Of a stretch of 64,000 nt of DNA, positions 13,348-26,378 are shown piece by piece; position 1 is the stretch's first letter; the number at the start of each line of letters is the position of its first letter. A program made the translations under genes and the position numbers. The DNA comes from Aplysia californica (taxonomy: Eukaryota), in the NCBI RefSeq assembly GCF_000002075.1, contig NW_004797516.1, positions 450,411-514,410 of the forward strand, given 5' to 3'. Below the pieces are notes generated by a model that was given only the letters and a program-made list of their open reading frames with translations, was not told the origin of the DNA and did no database searches.

Positions 13348-14181
13348 CTTCTAACAAGGGAAATAACCAACTTTTCATTAAATGAGACTTATTACGCTGA
13401 TTACTTCCCTTTAGTCACATTGCGAGGCGTTAATTTTTTGGTGAAAAATGAAAAAAAACGGGGGGAATCCAAAAATTATGCTAATGTTGCAGAATTACGC
13501 GAGAAAACGCGGTCACACAATCGCATAATCCTACAGGGACAGATTATAGTGGTCCACTGGCAGGCTTAAACTTTTGATTTTTTTGTGTTATTTGCAAGAT
13601 TTTGGCATCACCTTTCAATCTGCCATTTTACGAGGACTGGGAAAAAGCATTTTTTTGGTATCAAATTCATTTTCTGGAGCTAGAGATTTTTAGATGTCTG
13701 AATCAGTGAATATACAGATACTTAAATTGTGGTTGGGGCAACTTCATTTGAAAATGCCTTCAAAAGGTACTGCAAGAAAACAAGACCGCTCGACTTTTGG
13801 CAGTAACCTATTTTGCATTTAGCCACCCCTGAAGCAAAACTAAATCACAAAAAAATCCGTCCACGCCCTCCCTCTCCTCTGATTCACACCTTACACACAC
13901 GAGTTCCACTCCATTCGCAAACCGTTCGGAGAAATAGAGTTCAAGTTTATTTTCCCGATCGATTGGAGAAATGTACAGCCAGCCTTTTTTTAATGTCCAT
14001 AATTGAACAATTATGCCCTGATTTATATTGTCTTGTAAATAATTATTTTCTTTCTTTATTTAAAAAAAAATTCAAATGTCAACTTTTCCTGCACTGAGGG
14101 TAAGTTTTTAATATAGGCCTATATTTTTTTGTTTTTTTTTTGTTGGTAATTTAATTATTATACTTTTCTTTTCCAATGCAG

Positions 14182-14389
14182 GCATGGTCATGTGGATCAC
14201 ATTGGAGCTGTGGCGAATCATGTGTCGAAACGAGGCTTGAATGGAATGAAACCAGCTCGTTATTTTGTTCCTCCCCACTTAGTGGATAACCTGAAGTCAG
14301 TCACGAAAGCTCATTATGAAATGGCTGAGACTGTGGAAGCTCTTGAGAATGTAAAGGTTCTACCGTTTGCAGAGGGGGATTGTGTAAGG
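14182..14389 (+). CDS. tRNase Z short form (TM-type), exon 2
   Basis: Acceptor ttttccaatgcag|g. Encodes HGHVDHIGA (the metallo-beta-lactamase HxHxDH motif) through GDCVR. Donor AGG|GTAAGT, phase 0. Confidence 0.92.
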
Positions 14390-15855
14390 GTAAGTTGAGT
14401 TTCAAATTTGTATTTTGCTTTGCAGAGGGGAGCTGATGGCAGCAATCTACAAGAAATTGGGCAGATGATCAAAATGCCAATAAGGGATGATGCTGTGTTT
14501 GTAAATAATTATTTTTTGGAAGTGGCTCTGTGTACCGCCCTCGCTTGAAACCTTTCCAGAAGAAACTGAACTGTATTTTTATAGAATCACTCCCATCTCG
14601 TGCTGCTACCCATGCTCGTTTTTCTCAATGTATTTGTAGGGGGGGGGGGGGGGGGACACACACAATATTTTAGGCGTTTTTTTTTGTTTTGGGTTTATGC
14701 ATGCTTTTGTAGTCATTAGGAGGGTTTCAGGGGGTCCTCCTCAACGAGCGATTACATGTAATGGCTTTTTAGTAGAGCCCCCCCCCACCCTAAAATGATG
14801 TGCCGTAACATCTATTAATTATGCCAAATTGTGTTCAGGGCCCTGAAAAGCTACAAGGTAACACCCTAAATGAAACGCGAGTGATTCTATAAAATTACCA
14901 AATAAACCAAATGGCCGAAAGATGGTAGAATCCATAACAGCACAGGTCCAATAAGTACGGTAGGCCTAGAGTGATTATCAAGGCAGTGAGCATACTTAAT
15001 TAGATTTAAATCTATACTTTAGAAGGCTGTACACATAGCCAGAAGGCTCCATACGCATAGCCACAGGCATTATTTTATTGAATGGAAAACATGGAGTGTG
15101 CAAGTTGAGGTTCTGCCTTTTGTCTTGACTAACTTAGTGGAAATTTGCACTGCTGCTGTTGCTGTGAATACCCACACTGCATGTATATGGTAATCATAAA
15201 ATGTTCTCAGCAAGTGGTTTTACAAAATTATTATATGGCATTAGTGTCTTACTGGACGCTTATTGTGACATTTAAAAAAAACATAAATAGTCATATATAC
15301 AAGGACATGATTTAATGTACTCTATAGTAAATAGTAATTGCTACAACTGCTATTATATCTGCAAACACTCCATTCTGGATGTGTCAGTGGCACTCATAGG
15401 ACTTAATTACAAGTTGATTATCTAGCTGAGAGGCAGCAGCACTTCTCAGCTTCACTACCAGAACTCCTGGGTATGCGGCGATGGTCACTACGGCTTGGCT
15501 TGATACAGTGTATTTGTCAGGCTACTTGGCGGAGTACGAAATTTGCTTCTATTTCTTGTCTATTGCCATCTGAAAAGGATACTTAAGACTGACTGTGTCT
15601 GTGCAGTAATAATAGTAAAGCTCTTGGCAATTGTCTGCAGAGGGCATGAAGTTTGATTCCCAAGTAAGAAAGTTTTTCTTATTGAGTATATTTGTCTACT
15701 GTGACATTGTATTAATCTAGACTGTCGGGGTTAACCCTGACAGGCAGTATCAAAGCAGCCCACCCCTGAAATTATCTGAAATATGTCGATGAAGGCGAAA
15801 CATATCTCTACCATCTAAGATTGACCTTATGTTTCCACTTTTTCGTCTCTTTCAG

Positions 15856-16048
15856 CTCAACAGCAGGTTCTTTGTAAAAACTTTCCCGACTGTGCATCGG
15901 ATCTGCAGTCAGGGTTACATTGTGTACAAGGAAGAGAAGAGGCTCAAAGAGGAATACAGGGGAATGGAAGGCTTTGAGGTGGCAGCTCTTCACCGGGAGG
16001 GTAGAGAGATCCATGAAGTCAGCATTACTCCTGAGATTGCATATACAG
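15856..16048 (+). CDS. tRNase Z short form (TM-type), exon 3
   Basis: Acceptor ctctttcag|. Encodes FPTVHRICSQGY (motif III), the short TM-type flexible arm RLKEEYRGMEGFEVAALHREGREI, and IAYTG. Donor G|GTAGAT, phase 1. Confidence 0.92.
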
Positions 16049-16821
16049 GTAGATATGTTGTTACCTTTGCTGGCTATGATGATGAAGCGGAGTCAAGATT
16101 CACTTGTGGGGAGAGGCAATTTCAGAATTTAAAAATTTATTTATTGTTTTTTTTTAAATGGTGCCCAAACAATATTTGTAAAGGACTCATTCTCTGTAAA
16201 ACTTGTTTCCTCTGAAATAATTTTTTTTTATTGGTAAAATTTTAAATTGTTCATTGATTCATCCAATACGCACTTGTTATGTTTTGTACATTGTGTAACA
16301 AAATGTAATTTCCAGTTACATTCTTACAGTTTGCCTTGCTGTTTTGGATTAACTGAAACTAATTGGTTTATTGATTATTGTATTACGTGTCACCGTATCC
16401 ATCCAGGATGTCTTGCACCTGGTGTTAAAGGTCCGCGCTCATATGACCTTAGCAGTTGCGAGCGCCGTAAAACCTTATACTATACATGTTAAAGGTCCAA
16501 ATGACATCATATTTTTTTTTAACATAATTTCTTTAAGTTGCCAATCCCAGATTACACAGACTAAGAATCTGAGGGCTGTTGGAAAAATACAGTAAATTGT
16601 AAAAGTGATCCCAATTTTAAATCTAAGTGCTAGTTTAGTTTTTTTTAAAGGGAAAGCTGCTGCCTGGTGCTATAGTTAGGCTCTGTGCTTTTGCTCACAG
16701 AAGCTGTGAGTTCAATTCCCAAGTGAGAAAGCTGATAAGTTTTCTTGAATCCTTTTTTTGATGATTGTTTTTGTTTTTATAGTAACTGATATCTTTGCTA
16801 TATTTATCTCTTTTCTTTCAG

Positions 16822-16920
16822 GTGACACAGTTTTTGATATTTTCCTGAATCCTCCAAATCCAGATCTGCTGAAGGTTAAGTTACTGATAACAGAAGCAAC
16901 TTTCCTTGATGATGAAATAG
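16822..16920 (+). CDS. tRNase Z short form (TM-type), exon 4
   Basis: Acceptor ttttctttcag|. Encodes GDT (motif IV) through LLITEATFLDD (xExT motif). Donor G|GTATGA, phase 1. Confidence 0.92.
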
Positions 16921-17886
16921 GTATGATGTTTGGTGTTTCTCTTGATGTGGAAAGTTCTGTTACCCTGTTGAATCCTTTTGTGAGATAAGGTGATCAGCCG
17001 TCTTAATTTGGAAGGACAAGTTGATTGACGTTATTTATATGGTCTGCTCTTTCTCCTTCCTGTTGGTGTTGCATACAAATTTTTCTTTTATCAGCTTCTA
17101 CACGAGATACAGCTTCTATCACAGTTCAGCAGCAACATCACAGGAATTTGTTTGTCTCTGCTTTTACTTTTTTGGTATGGAGGATGGGACTGATAAGTCC
17201 ACACTTACTGCACTCTCATTGGGACCACCTATAGGCACCAGTTTCCATAGTGAAGTGGTGGACACTGAGCCAGTTTGTACAACAACAAAATAAAATAGAA
17301 ACTTTAAAAAAAATGTTAAACTACATTTCTTTGCAGCTCTGCGTCTTTTTAGTTTATTTAGAAGTGGAAATAAACCATATTTTATTTCCATTTTTTAATT
17401 TCTCATTTATGTATCTGAAGTAATTTTATGAGTTTGATGTTTCTGGAAGCGTGATAAAAAGAAAACTTTGGAAAAATAACAATTACTTTAATTTCCTATC
17501 ATTATTATACAAAGTGATGTTAACATTGTAGTTTTATTGTTGTGGCTCATGTTTTGCTAAATGACAAGAGAGTACAGGTTTGAAACCTGTTTTCTTGTTT
17601 CCTTTAGTAGTTTAAGATGTGTCTTCCAAATTTTTATAAGCACATATATATAAAGATGCTGTTTCGTGGGGTGCACATCAAGAATTGATGGTTGTGGGTA
17701 TAAGTTGGTTTGATGATACTTCGAAGAAATGAAAGTTTCAAAGGCTACATTGGTCAGAAATGGTAGCACCGAGTCCGCTGTACGTTGGCCAGTGTGCTGA
17801 TATTAACTTTGAAAACTTTCCCCATGTACCCATTTCTTTTTTGAGAATGTGAATGTGCTAATATTGTTACAAATTAATGTTTTCAG

Positions 17887-18119
17887 GTAAGAACATGGTC
17901 CAGAAAGCGAGAGACAGAGGTCACACTCACTTGTGTGAAATTGCGCAAAACGCAGAGCTCTTTGAGGACGTTGAACATATTGTCCTGGTCCATTTCTCCA
18001 ACAAGTACCCTCCCAAGTACATCAGTGACTGCATCCGGGACAAACTGCCTCTCTCATTGAGGAACAAGGTCACTCCTGGGACTGTTGCAAAAGCCACCAA
18101 GGCTACATGTCAGTTATGA
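17887..18119 (+). CDS. tRNase Z short form (TM-type), exon 5 (terminal)
   Basis: Acceptor gttttcag|. Encodes ARDRGHTHL (HxH motif) and LVHFSNKY (motif V), ending at TGA 18117-18119. The spliced CDS is 1176 nt = 391 aa with all phases compatible. Confidence 0.92.
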
Positions 18120-20470
18120 TGAATACAGCTTTTAGCATTTTTTAATAACGTTATAAATGATTTTATGAAGTTGTTAAAGATAGTAGATCAAAGTGGTCTT
18201 CATATGATCGTTTGTCGGACAATCTTAAGCCGGTGGTTGGAGGGCAGCACAGTATGATCCTACCTCTTTTGTCTTGCTTTTTCCCCAGCGCTAAATGACC
18301 ATTTTTGTGTAGAGATGTGCTTCTTTTTATTCAAAAGCTCCAGTGGGATGCTGTAATATATACTTTCATTGGACTCTAAAGAATATAAGGAGCATCCATT
18401 ATTACCCGTTTTTGCAGGATTTCCAGTTTAGATTGTTCTAAACTGACTTGTTGGTGTACAGGCATCTGTGGTATAGCGGTTAGGCGCATCACTGTTGCTC
18501 ACCGAGGATGTGAATTTGATTCCTGTGTGGAGGTTGTTTTTTTTATCGAGTATATCGATCTACGGTCTGCTGGGGCATTTCCCTCTCAGCGCAAGTTGGT
18601 CTTGACAATGACATGCAAGGTCAAAGCAACCTACATCTTAATTGATCTTTATTTGTACATTACCGATCTGACGAGAGTAATCCATACGAAACCTGGTGGT
18701 CCGTTTGGAAAAGAACACGTGGGAACCTTTGAAACGTTTGCTAAGTGACTTCTAAGATGTGGCTGTCATTTCGTGTTAGCTACGGAGTGGTCTGAAGAAA
18801 GTTGAGTCAAAATTGATCTGAATTGTGTTGTTGCAGTGTAAAACTTCTACAATTACTTTTTACCTACTGGTTTATGTACGTCCCTTGGATTGAAAGGTCC
18901 AAGATATCTCCACATTGTGTAGGGAGATGTTAATTTTGGAATATGTTTTCCTTTTGTGCAAGTTATGACTTAGGGGTCAGACTGATATTAATATTAATTT
19001 GTGTTCGGATTTGATTGTTCTTGTGATTTTTAACTCTTAAATTTGTTTTTAGGTTGGCTATTTTTTTTTTTTCAAACTAAAATGGGGCAGGGTTTTTTTG
19101 TTGTTTAAAAAAAAATCCTTATTCTTTCTTTGCATACTCAGAGTTTGTTTAGGAGGTGGAATTTTCAAAGTTTGTTGTAATCATCAATGAAGAAAAGTGT
19201 GGGATAGGAATTGGGTTAATGTTCAATTAGCCTGGACTATTGAGGACTTATATTACAGTAGGCACCTGCTGTCCCTGTTATGGCAGGGCGGGGACCACAT
19301 TTACATACACTGTGGCTAATGAGTAATAAATAGGATTGTGTTTATGACACAGATTACCCCCTACCGATTTTTCCTTTCTTTTCCAGTGATATTATTTGCT
19401 CCTCATCCCATCTTTTTATTACCTTAGTCTCATGTAGGTTGACTAGACATCATTTGAGGTGCAAGGGAAGCGTTAAAAACAACAGGCTCTACTCTATGTG
19501 CTTTACAACTATTTTGTAATCAAATAGTCACTACAGTTGGGAAAAGGAACATACATAAAACTGCTGTAAATCAACCACCCGGTGCCCACTTTTCATCCGG
19601 TCATGTTTTCATTATAAATCTCACTACTCCACGGAAAGGCAATGTGACGATGTTTTGCCACACTGAGATCATGCTATCGTGCTAAGTCATTCAAGTCACC
19701 GATTGAAAAAATCTGGGTTAACACCAAAGTATAACCAGCCTCTCTCCTTCCCCCCGTATACATGTCATAAAATGTAACATCTACACAGTCAACTTAGGCC
19801 TCTTGTGGGTATGTAGGTACAATTTAAATGACCATGGATGTTGTTTTGCTTCATTTGCTTTTTTCTGCTTTTTTGTCCATTTGTTTTAGGATTTTGGCAA
19901 TGGTTGGACCCAGTTATAGCTGAGCAAGTCTTCTTTTCCGAATGCCTGCTATGAATGAACTTTTTAACTGCACATATGAGATCGGGCTTGTGGATAAATA
20001 TTAAGAAGCCTGCTATAGCCGAAATGGTGTTATTACCAAAATGTCATAAGATGGGTTCACTCCTGAGTAATTTCAAATTCTTGTATGACTTGTAAAGTGA
20101 ATGTTTTTGTCGAGTTTTGTTCTCTTTCTGCCCTGAAATTATGTGCAAGAAGTTTAATTTTTGTAGAGGGCATTTGTTCTTTCCGTCGGTTCTTTCTCTA
20201 TGCCAATCTTAATTTTTGCAGAACATTATTGTGCCAATGTGCTTCTCAAGCAAACATTTCAGTTCTACTTGTCTTTGTTTCATTCACAATGACTCACTAC
20301 AACTTGTTCGGTGGGTGGTTGGCATGTGCTCCGGTGTGGTTTGGGCCTTCTTTCCTATTAAATATCTATCCTCCTTAATCTCTCCTCCTTTTTAGTGTTT
20401 GTCACTCTCTTGAAACACCTGTATTGTTCGGCATTTACATAACCTAATTGTGTTGCGAGCCCTGCAAAAG

Positions 20471-21818
20471 CATAGCTGCCAACTTTTGAAAACTCAAATA
20501 AAGAACACCTAAAGCGAAGGCTCTGTAACTAAGTTATACCTTTAAAAAGCAAACACTTCATCAATGCTCACCTTACCAGCATGATCAGGAATGTTGCAGA
20601 TCTTTGTTTTCATTGCTGACATCAAAGCAGACATTTAGAGATTTAAATATGTGTCAGGTTGCTAAATATGTGTCCAAGAAGATGTCAAAGCTGTTAGCTG
20701 TCTTTTCCAATACGAGAATTACAAAACTACTGCTGGTTGTCCTTGCTGTAATGAACCTTTGTGGTGGATCCCTTTGCTGCTTTTAGAAATTCAGTGCTAA
20801 ATTCCTGCTCATAGCACTTTCCCACCATGTAGGACTTGGTGATGAGGAGGTTAGAGACAGGGTTTCATTCTTCATTGAACCTCTGAAGTCTGTCTTGTTC
20901 TTCTGAACTTGACTGAAAATCCTTTCACTTTCACTGTTGCTGTGAGGGATTGTCAATAGCCTAAGCATGAAGAATGCCAGTCTTTCATATTCCGGTCTCA
21001 CAGTTGCATCCTTGATATCTGAAATGGCAAATCACTGTTTGGTAATAGGCTGATCAAGAAGAGTATCAAAACTTTCCAGCTGACATTTGCAGAATTCTTC
21101 TTCCAGATCATCCAAAGCCCTTTCTCTCTGCTCATCTTGCCTCTTCAAAACCAGGACAGGGGAGTTGGAGGTGAAAAATCTCACTGAAGAGTAACTGGCA
21201 TCCATCCTTTTCTTTGTGTCTGCAACCTGAGCATGACGAAGGATGTCTGACTTGAGATTAAAGCTGGAGATAATGTACTCACAAGCTACCATGCAGTAGC
21301 TCTTCACATGTTCATAAAACTTACCCCTCTCCTTCATGCTGAGCTAGTCAATCGCACTCAGAGTACTTGATCCAACTCTGATGTCCACATTGTCTCTGTG
21401 CAAAACTGTTCTTGTGATCAATGCAGAGAAGGTCCCCAGATAAAATGGCACTTGGCTTAAAAAAACATGACGGTATTTCCTTCAGACAGTCCATAAGAAT
21501 GGGTTCCAGGGTATGGATAAGTGGTTCTCTTGTTTGAAGGCATACATTTGTGTTTTCAAACATTCTATAAAGAACAAAAGAAAATGAGCATAAGCTCTGC
21601 ATAGGTCACCGTGCAGCAGTCTGATTTGCTACCACTCTCTTTTCATCAGTCTTCTTTCCTTTGGTCTCTCTCACGATTCGGCCCCGCCAGGTGCGTATTT
21701 TAGAGAAATTCGCCTATTTTTTTTAAAAATATGGTGCGACGGCCGAGAATATATACAAACGTACACAGACCCCAAATAAGGTGCAGTTCCATTTTTTACG
21801 GAACGGTTGGCAGCTATG
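20471..21818 (-). mobile_element. Internally deleted hAT DNA transposon with decayed transposase (C-terminal dimerisation domain) and 6-bp TSD
   Basis: TIRs CATAGCTGCCAAC / GTTGGCAGCTATG, with CAAAAG duplicated on both sides. Broken ORFs include LLTIPHSNSESERIFSQV..KTDFRGSM. Confidence 0.85.
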
Positions 21819-22029
21819 CAAAAGGCTAACTAAAATGAAAATAACTTGTTTAGCCTACATTTTTCCAACGCAAGGCCAGATTTTAAATACAAGATATTGT
21901 TATAAGTGTATTTTTATTTCTATTTTTTTGTGATATAGGCTCTTTGTTTAGATGGACACTTCTATTCTGTTTTAATGATCACATTCCTTTCTTGAATATT
22001 CTAGTATTGTGTTAGTATATTACTGAAAT

Positions 22030-22472
22030 GTGATGCATCGTGGTGAAATCAGGCGCTCATCAAAATAAAGAAATCAAAGAAATTGGCATTTTTCTGGCGG
22101 TCGAGCAATTTTGAAAAAAAATTCTTTTTTTGGCTTTACACCTTTTATGTCCATTTAAAGGACTCATTTCTGTGTGGATGTTACAGAAATACGGTGATTG
22201 AAGGCAGAACAAATTTCAATTTTCAGTTTCCAAAGGCTCTCAAACTATGGAAGTCACATATAACTTTGGCGGCCATTTTCTCACTAATTTTTACCTCTGA
22301 AATCAGGCGACCCCCACCTCTTTCAATCACAAATATTTCGACTTCTATTCGAGATAGATTTTAAAATTTTTCACCAAAGGCAAGGCAAAGCAAATAAACA
22401 GCCTTTACGATGATGCCAATAACTCCATATGCCCAAATTTTGACGAGCGCCTGATTCCACCGCGACATAACA
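22030..22472. mobile_element. MITE with ~35-40 bp TIRs (family also at 49236-49650)
   Basis: GGTGAAATCAGGCGCTCATCAAAAT ... ATTTTGACGAGCGCCTGATTCCACC. Internal similarity to the 49.2-49.65 kb copy. Confidence 0.7.
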
Positions 22473-24445
22473 CAAATGTTCTTATCACCAGAGAGTAGAT
22501 GAATGTTTCACCATGCAATTTCCCCCCCATTTTGGATTCCCATTGACGCAGGGTATAATCATAATGGTAATAATGATAAAATAATAATAATCACATATAT
22601 GTAGCTCATATTGACGCTCTACAGCATGGTCTATACGCTTCACTACTGTACATTATCATAAATGACAAACAGTGCTTTGTGGGTCTGGCTTGATGAGCGA
22701 CACTTGTCACTGTACCATCCTGGCTCCTTGCCCAGAAAAGAAAAATGACGGAGAATGGTCATCATATTGGTCATGTGTTGTGGTTTTGAGACAATTTGTT
22801 TGGTCATAAATGCGTCATGTGACCAAATATGGACACTGGATGTAATGGACCGCTGACTCAAGAACAAACTGTACCACTTGTGGTGAGTAAAATGTGACCA
22901 AAAAAACCCTGAGAGTTTGGATCCATTTAGCATTTTCGCTTAAACAATTCTGAGAATTTCACAGATTTTTTTTACCACTGGTTGCTCACAGCGAAGACTT
23001 TTAGTATTTTTTATTGTAAAGATGAAAAAAACCCAAAACCCGAAATAGCTGCAATTGTCTTTTATCACTTTTAATGCAATTGTCGTCCAGTACACTTTTT
23101 AACATTTACTGATTCTTGTTCTTGTTATGTTTGAATTTATTTTATTTTTGGAATCATTTTGGGTCTGAGAAGTGCTTTCAGTATGCACAGACTTCCTATT
23201 GTTCCTTTTTTTTTTCTCCTAAAATTATGCTCGTCTCCCATAGACTTTCTGTATATTATTATGACTTGTGCAAAAAAATAAATCATGCTTTGTTTTTATT
23301 GTACTCCTTGTTTTGATCAACTTTTTACATCATTCCCCATGCATACCACTCAGAAGCCCCAGAAGTAAAGCATAAGTACCATGATGTGCTGTTTACCAGA
23401 ATTAATTGTCCTCAAGAAATCTAGGAAAGAAAATGTGACATCTTTCCCATTGGTGAAAAAACACCCATGGTTAGAAATATGGGATTCCCGAGTCGTTAGA
23501 ACATTTTTATTGGGTGTCTCGGCCTTTCTGCTGGTATGTTGTATCCTTCAGCGTGGTTTGACTCTGGCGGGTGGGGTCGAAAGCCCACCTCATAAATGAT
23601 CTAAATCGTGTTGATGGGGTGTAAAAACACCTACATAAAAAAACGATGTTTTTAACGTGTCTTGTATCAATGATAGCTATTTGCTTCGGTTACCGGTTAG
23701 ACTGACTTATGGAGTTCATTACGTAACAATTGGCTTTCAAATGTTTTTCTCTGTACATCTTATCTAGACTACTCGTCCTCAGTAAAATACGAAAATTTTC
23801 TAAGATTTTGAAGTCTTTCACTTTAGCTCATTGCACTGTCTAAACATGTCTCATCACCGTCACTCCCAAATATATACAGTCAAACATGGGTAAGTCGAAT
23901 TCAGAGGATTGTGTTCGAGATTTCCGTAATTCTTCATGTCCGTGAAAGCCCGAAATACACAGAAATAGAGAGAAAATCAAGGGAGGTATAAAGATCCCCA
24001 AAACAATTAACATGGTTAGTTCCCTTAATGAACGTGCAGACGGTGTGAAAGTGGCTGACTGCAACGTCTTTCCTTTCCTGTCATTTCATTGGCTTACACA
24101 GAAAGTTACAACATAATTGCATGCATGGCGAGCCAGTCATGTGGTGCGGTCAGCATCACTCTCCATTCCCCTTTCTCCGGCTTCTTGTGGTGAGACAAGG
24201 ACCACATTTTAGCTGTAACACTAACAAAGAAACATCTACCCGCGGCCAGAAAGCCGGGTTTTAAGTTCAGAATGGGAAGTGGATTTGTTCAAGGTTCAAG
24301 TGTTGCGTGTTCCGAGTATTCAGGAACTCTGTGAAGTCAATACAAAGAAAACATAGAGACTGAAACGGGACCAAGCATTATGTTGGAGATAGCCGAGAAT
24401 TCGTGATTTTCGTGTTCAAGATTCATGGACTCTACTGCATATAAA

Positions 24446-26378
24446 CAGTAAGAAGATCCCACAGCTTATGATCCTGGTTTGCTTAAGATCCCGTTATGCT
24501 AAGAAAACATAATTTTTACTATACAAAAGTCACCCCTAAGATCCGGCTCTGATTCACTCTGAAGGTCTACATTCGGCTGAGATCTCGCATTTTAGACCAT
24601 AATTTACGGAACAAAAATAAAAACCTAGGCCAGCACAGCCAATCAACTGAGAGTGAGAGTAAAAAGTTAAGATCATTGAAGTGCCCGTAGCATCAAAGAT
24701 CAGCTGCTCTCGCAAATGTGATCACATATATAAGCATTGAAATCACAGATTCATACAAATATCTTGGTCTTACAATCGACAACAAATTTACATGACAAAA
24801 TCACGTAAACAATATTGTTAAAAAGATAAATCAGAGGCTGTACTTTCTGAAGAAACTTGGGTCTTTCAACCTGAATCCATCCATCCTTCAGATATTCTAC
24901 ACCACAATAGAAACTTTGATAAATTTTGGTATCACTTGCTATGGTAGTAATTTGGGAAGGCAGCACATCATAAAAATAAACAAGTTGACCAGAAAGGCAT
25001 CAAGAACAATTGGTAGAGACCTAAGTAACTTTGAATATCTGCTCAAGACAAACGTTCTAAAAAAGGCGGAAATAATGCTTAGTGACCATAGCCACCTACA
25101 GACATCAGAATTTCAACTATTGACCCGCAGTAAACGATACATTTCCAAAAAAGCAAGAACAGACAGACATAGAAATTCATTCGTACCAACTGCAGTGATG
25201 TTACTGAACACACAGTACAGTGCTACAAATGAAATGGAGAGAGAGAGAGAAAGAGAAGTTTTACGGAGCCGGTTGTCCCAGCATATGAGACATGTATTTA
25301 CTAATGTCCTGTCTTGTTGTGCGTATGCGTGAGCGCACCTAACCTATGTAACGACTACTACCATTGATAACGACCAAGACAAATTTCTCCCTGCGAGATG
25401 AATAAAGAATGTCATTGTCATCTCTACATATTATACTTGCGAAAGTCTGTCACTTAGGCCACCTAAAACTTCCGAACCATTTAACTTTCGAATATGACAA
25501 AATTAATGGTGGTTCAGAATCATTTAAAGGGTGCACAGTTTTATTGAGGAGTCTGAAGTCACTGTTCTTTAATTTTCAGTTTTTCATTAGTTTCGTTTAG
25601 ATCTATTCTTGGGAAAGTCCGACTTCTAAAACGCCATTGTAAATAAATGAGGTTTTCGTTCACTGGCCGTGCGCACTGTTGTTTGGAGAGTATAAATCTA
25701 GACCTTCTAATTTTTTGCATCTCTCAAGATTTATTGCTTCATTCCAGTACTAGAGTGTATATATAGTAAGCCAATGACTTTCAGTTGATGTAAATGCACC
25801 GATCATTCCTTTCACCGAAAGGGGACCCATCTAGTTGTAAATAAAACTCAATAAAACGGTACAATGTTATCAACAGATAGGATCACCCCGAGGTGTGAAC
25901 TGACAGACGCGTTTGTTTTCCTCAAACATCGCACTCGCATCTGAGCTCCCCATCTAAACTAACATCACTCACTGGGGGGGTAGGGCCTTCAAGTTCGCTC
26001 CAGGCCGGATCACATCGAACTGTGAACGCTTCCTTGACCATAGCAATAATTGTCTCTACTCCCGAATTTGCAAAAGACTGAATTTTAATTTGATTGGTGT
26101 TGTCACAACATAATGGTGTGTAACAACAAAGGCGGAGGAATGCGATCAGAGATGGAAAGTTATACAATTTTGGGACAGGTAAAGGGGAGGGGCAACTGAA
26201 TAAGCGTAGATCTTGAGACTCACGATAGGGCGACCATTTTACTGGTTGTGGGCCTTAACATGGGTCATCGTAGATATATAGAATTTTCTCTTGGTGCGTC
26301 GGCTAAGATCACGTTCGTCTAATAAGATCCTGCATTGTCCTTGCTCCCGAGCACCTGGATCTTAGGGGGACACTACTG
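24446..26378. mobile_element. Non-autonomous DNA element (CAGTAG... TIRs, TAAGATCCC subrepeats) interrupted by a Rex1 LINE fragment
   Basis: Segments 24446-24730 and 25830-26040 are colinear with the reverse complement of 54100-54557. Right end GGATCTTAGGGGGACACTACTG. Another partial copy at about 59800-59990. Confidence 0.65.
24731..25420 (+). mobile_element. 5'-truncated Rex1/Babar-type LINE, 3' end (RT C-terminal region, decayed)
   Basis: Translates as SYKYLGLTIDNKFT*QNHV..KKINQRLYFLKKL..FY...TDRHRNSFVPTAV. The 3' end is AAATTTCTCCCTGCGAGATGAATAAAG plus a short repeat tail. Confidence 0.8.
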
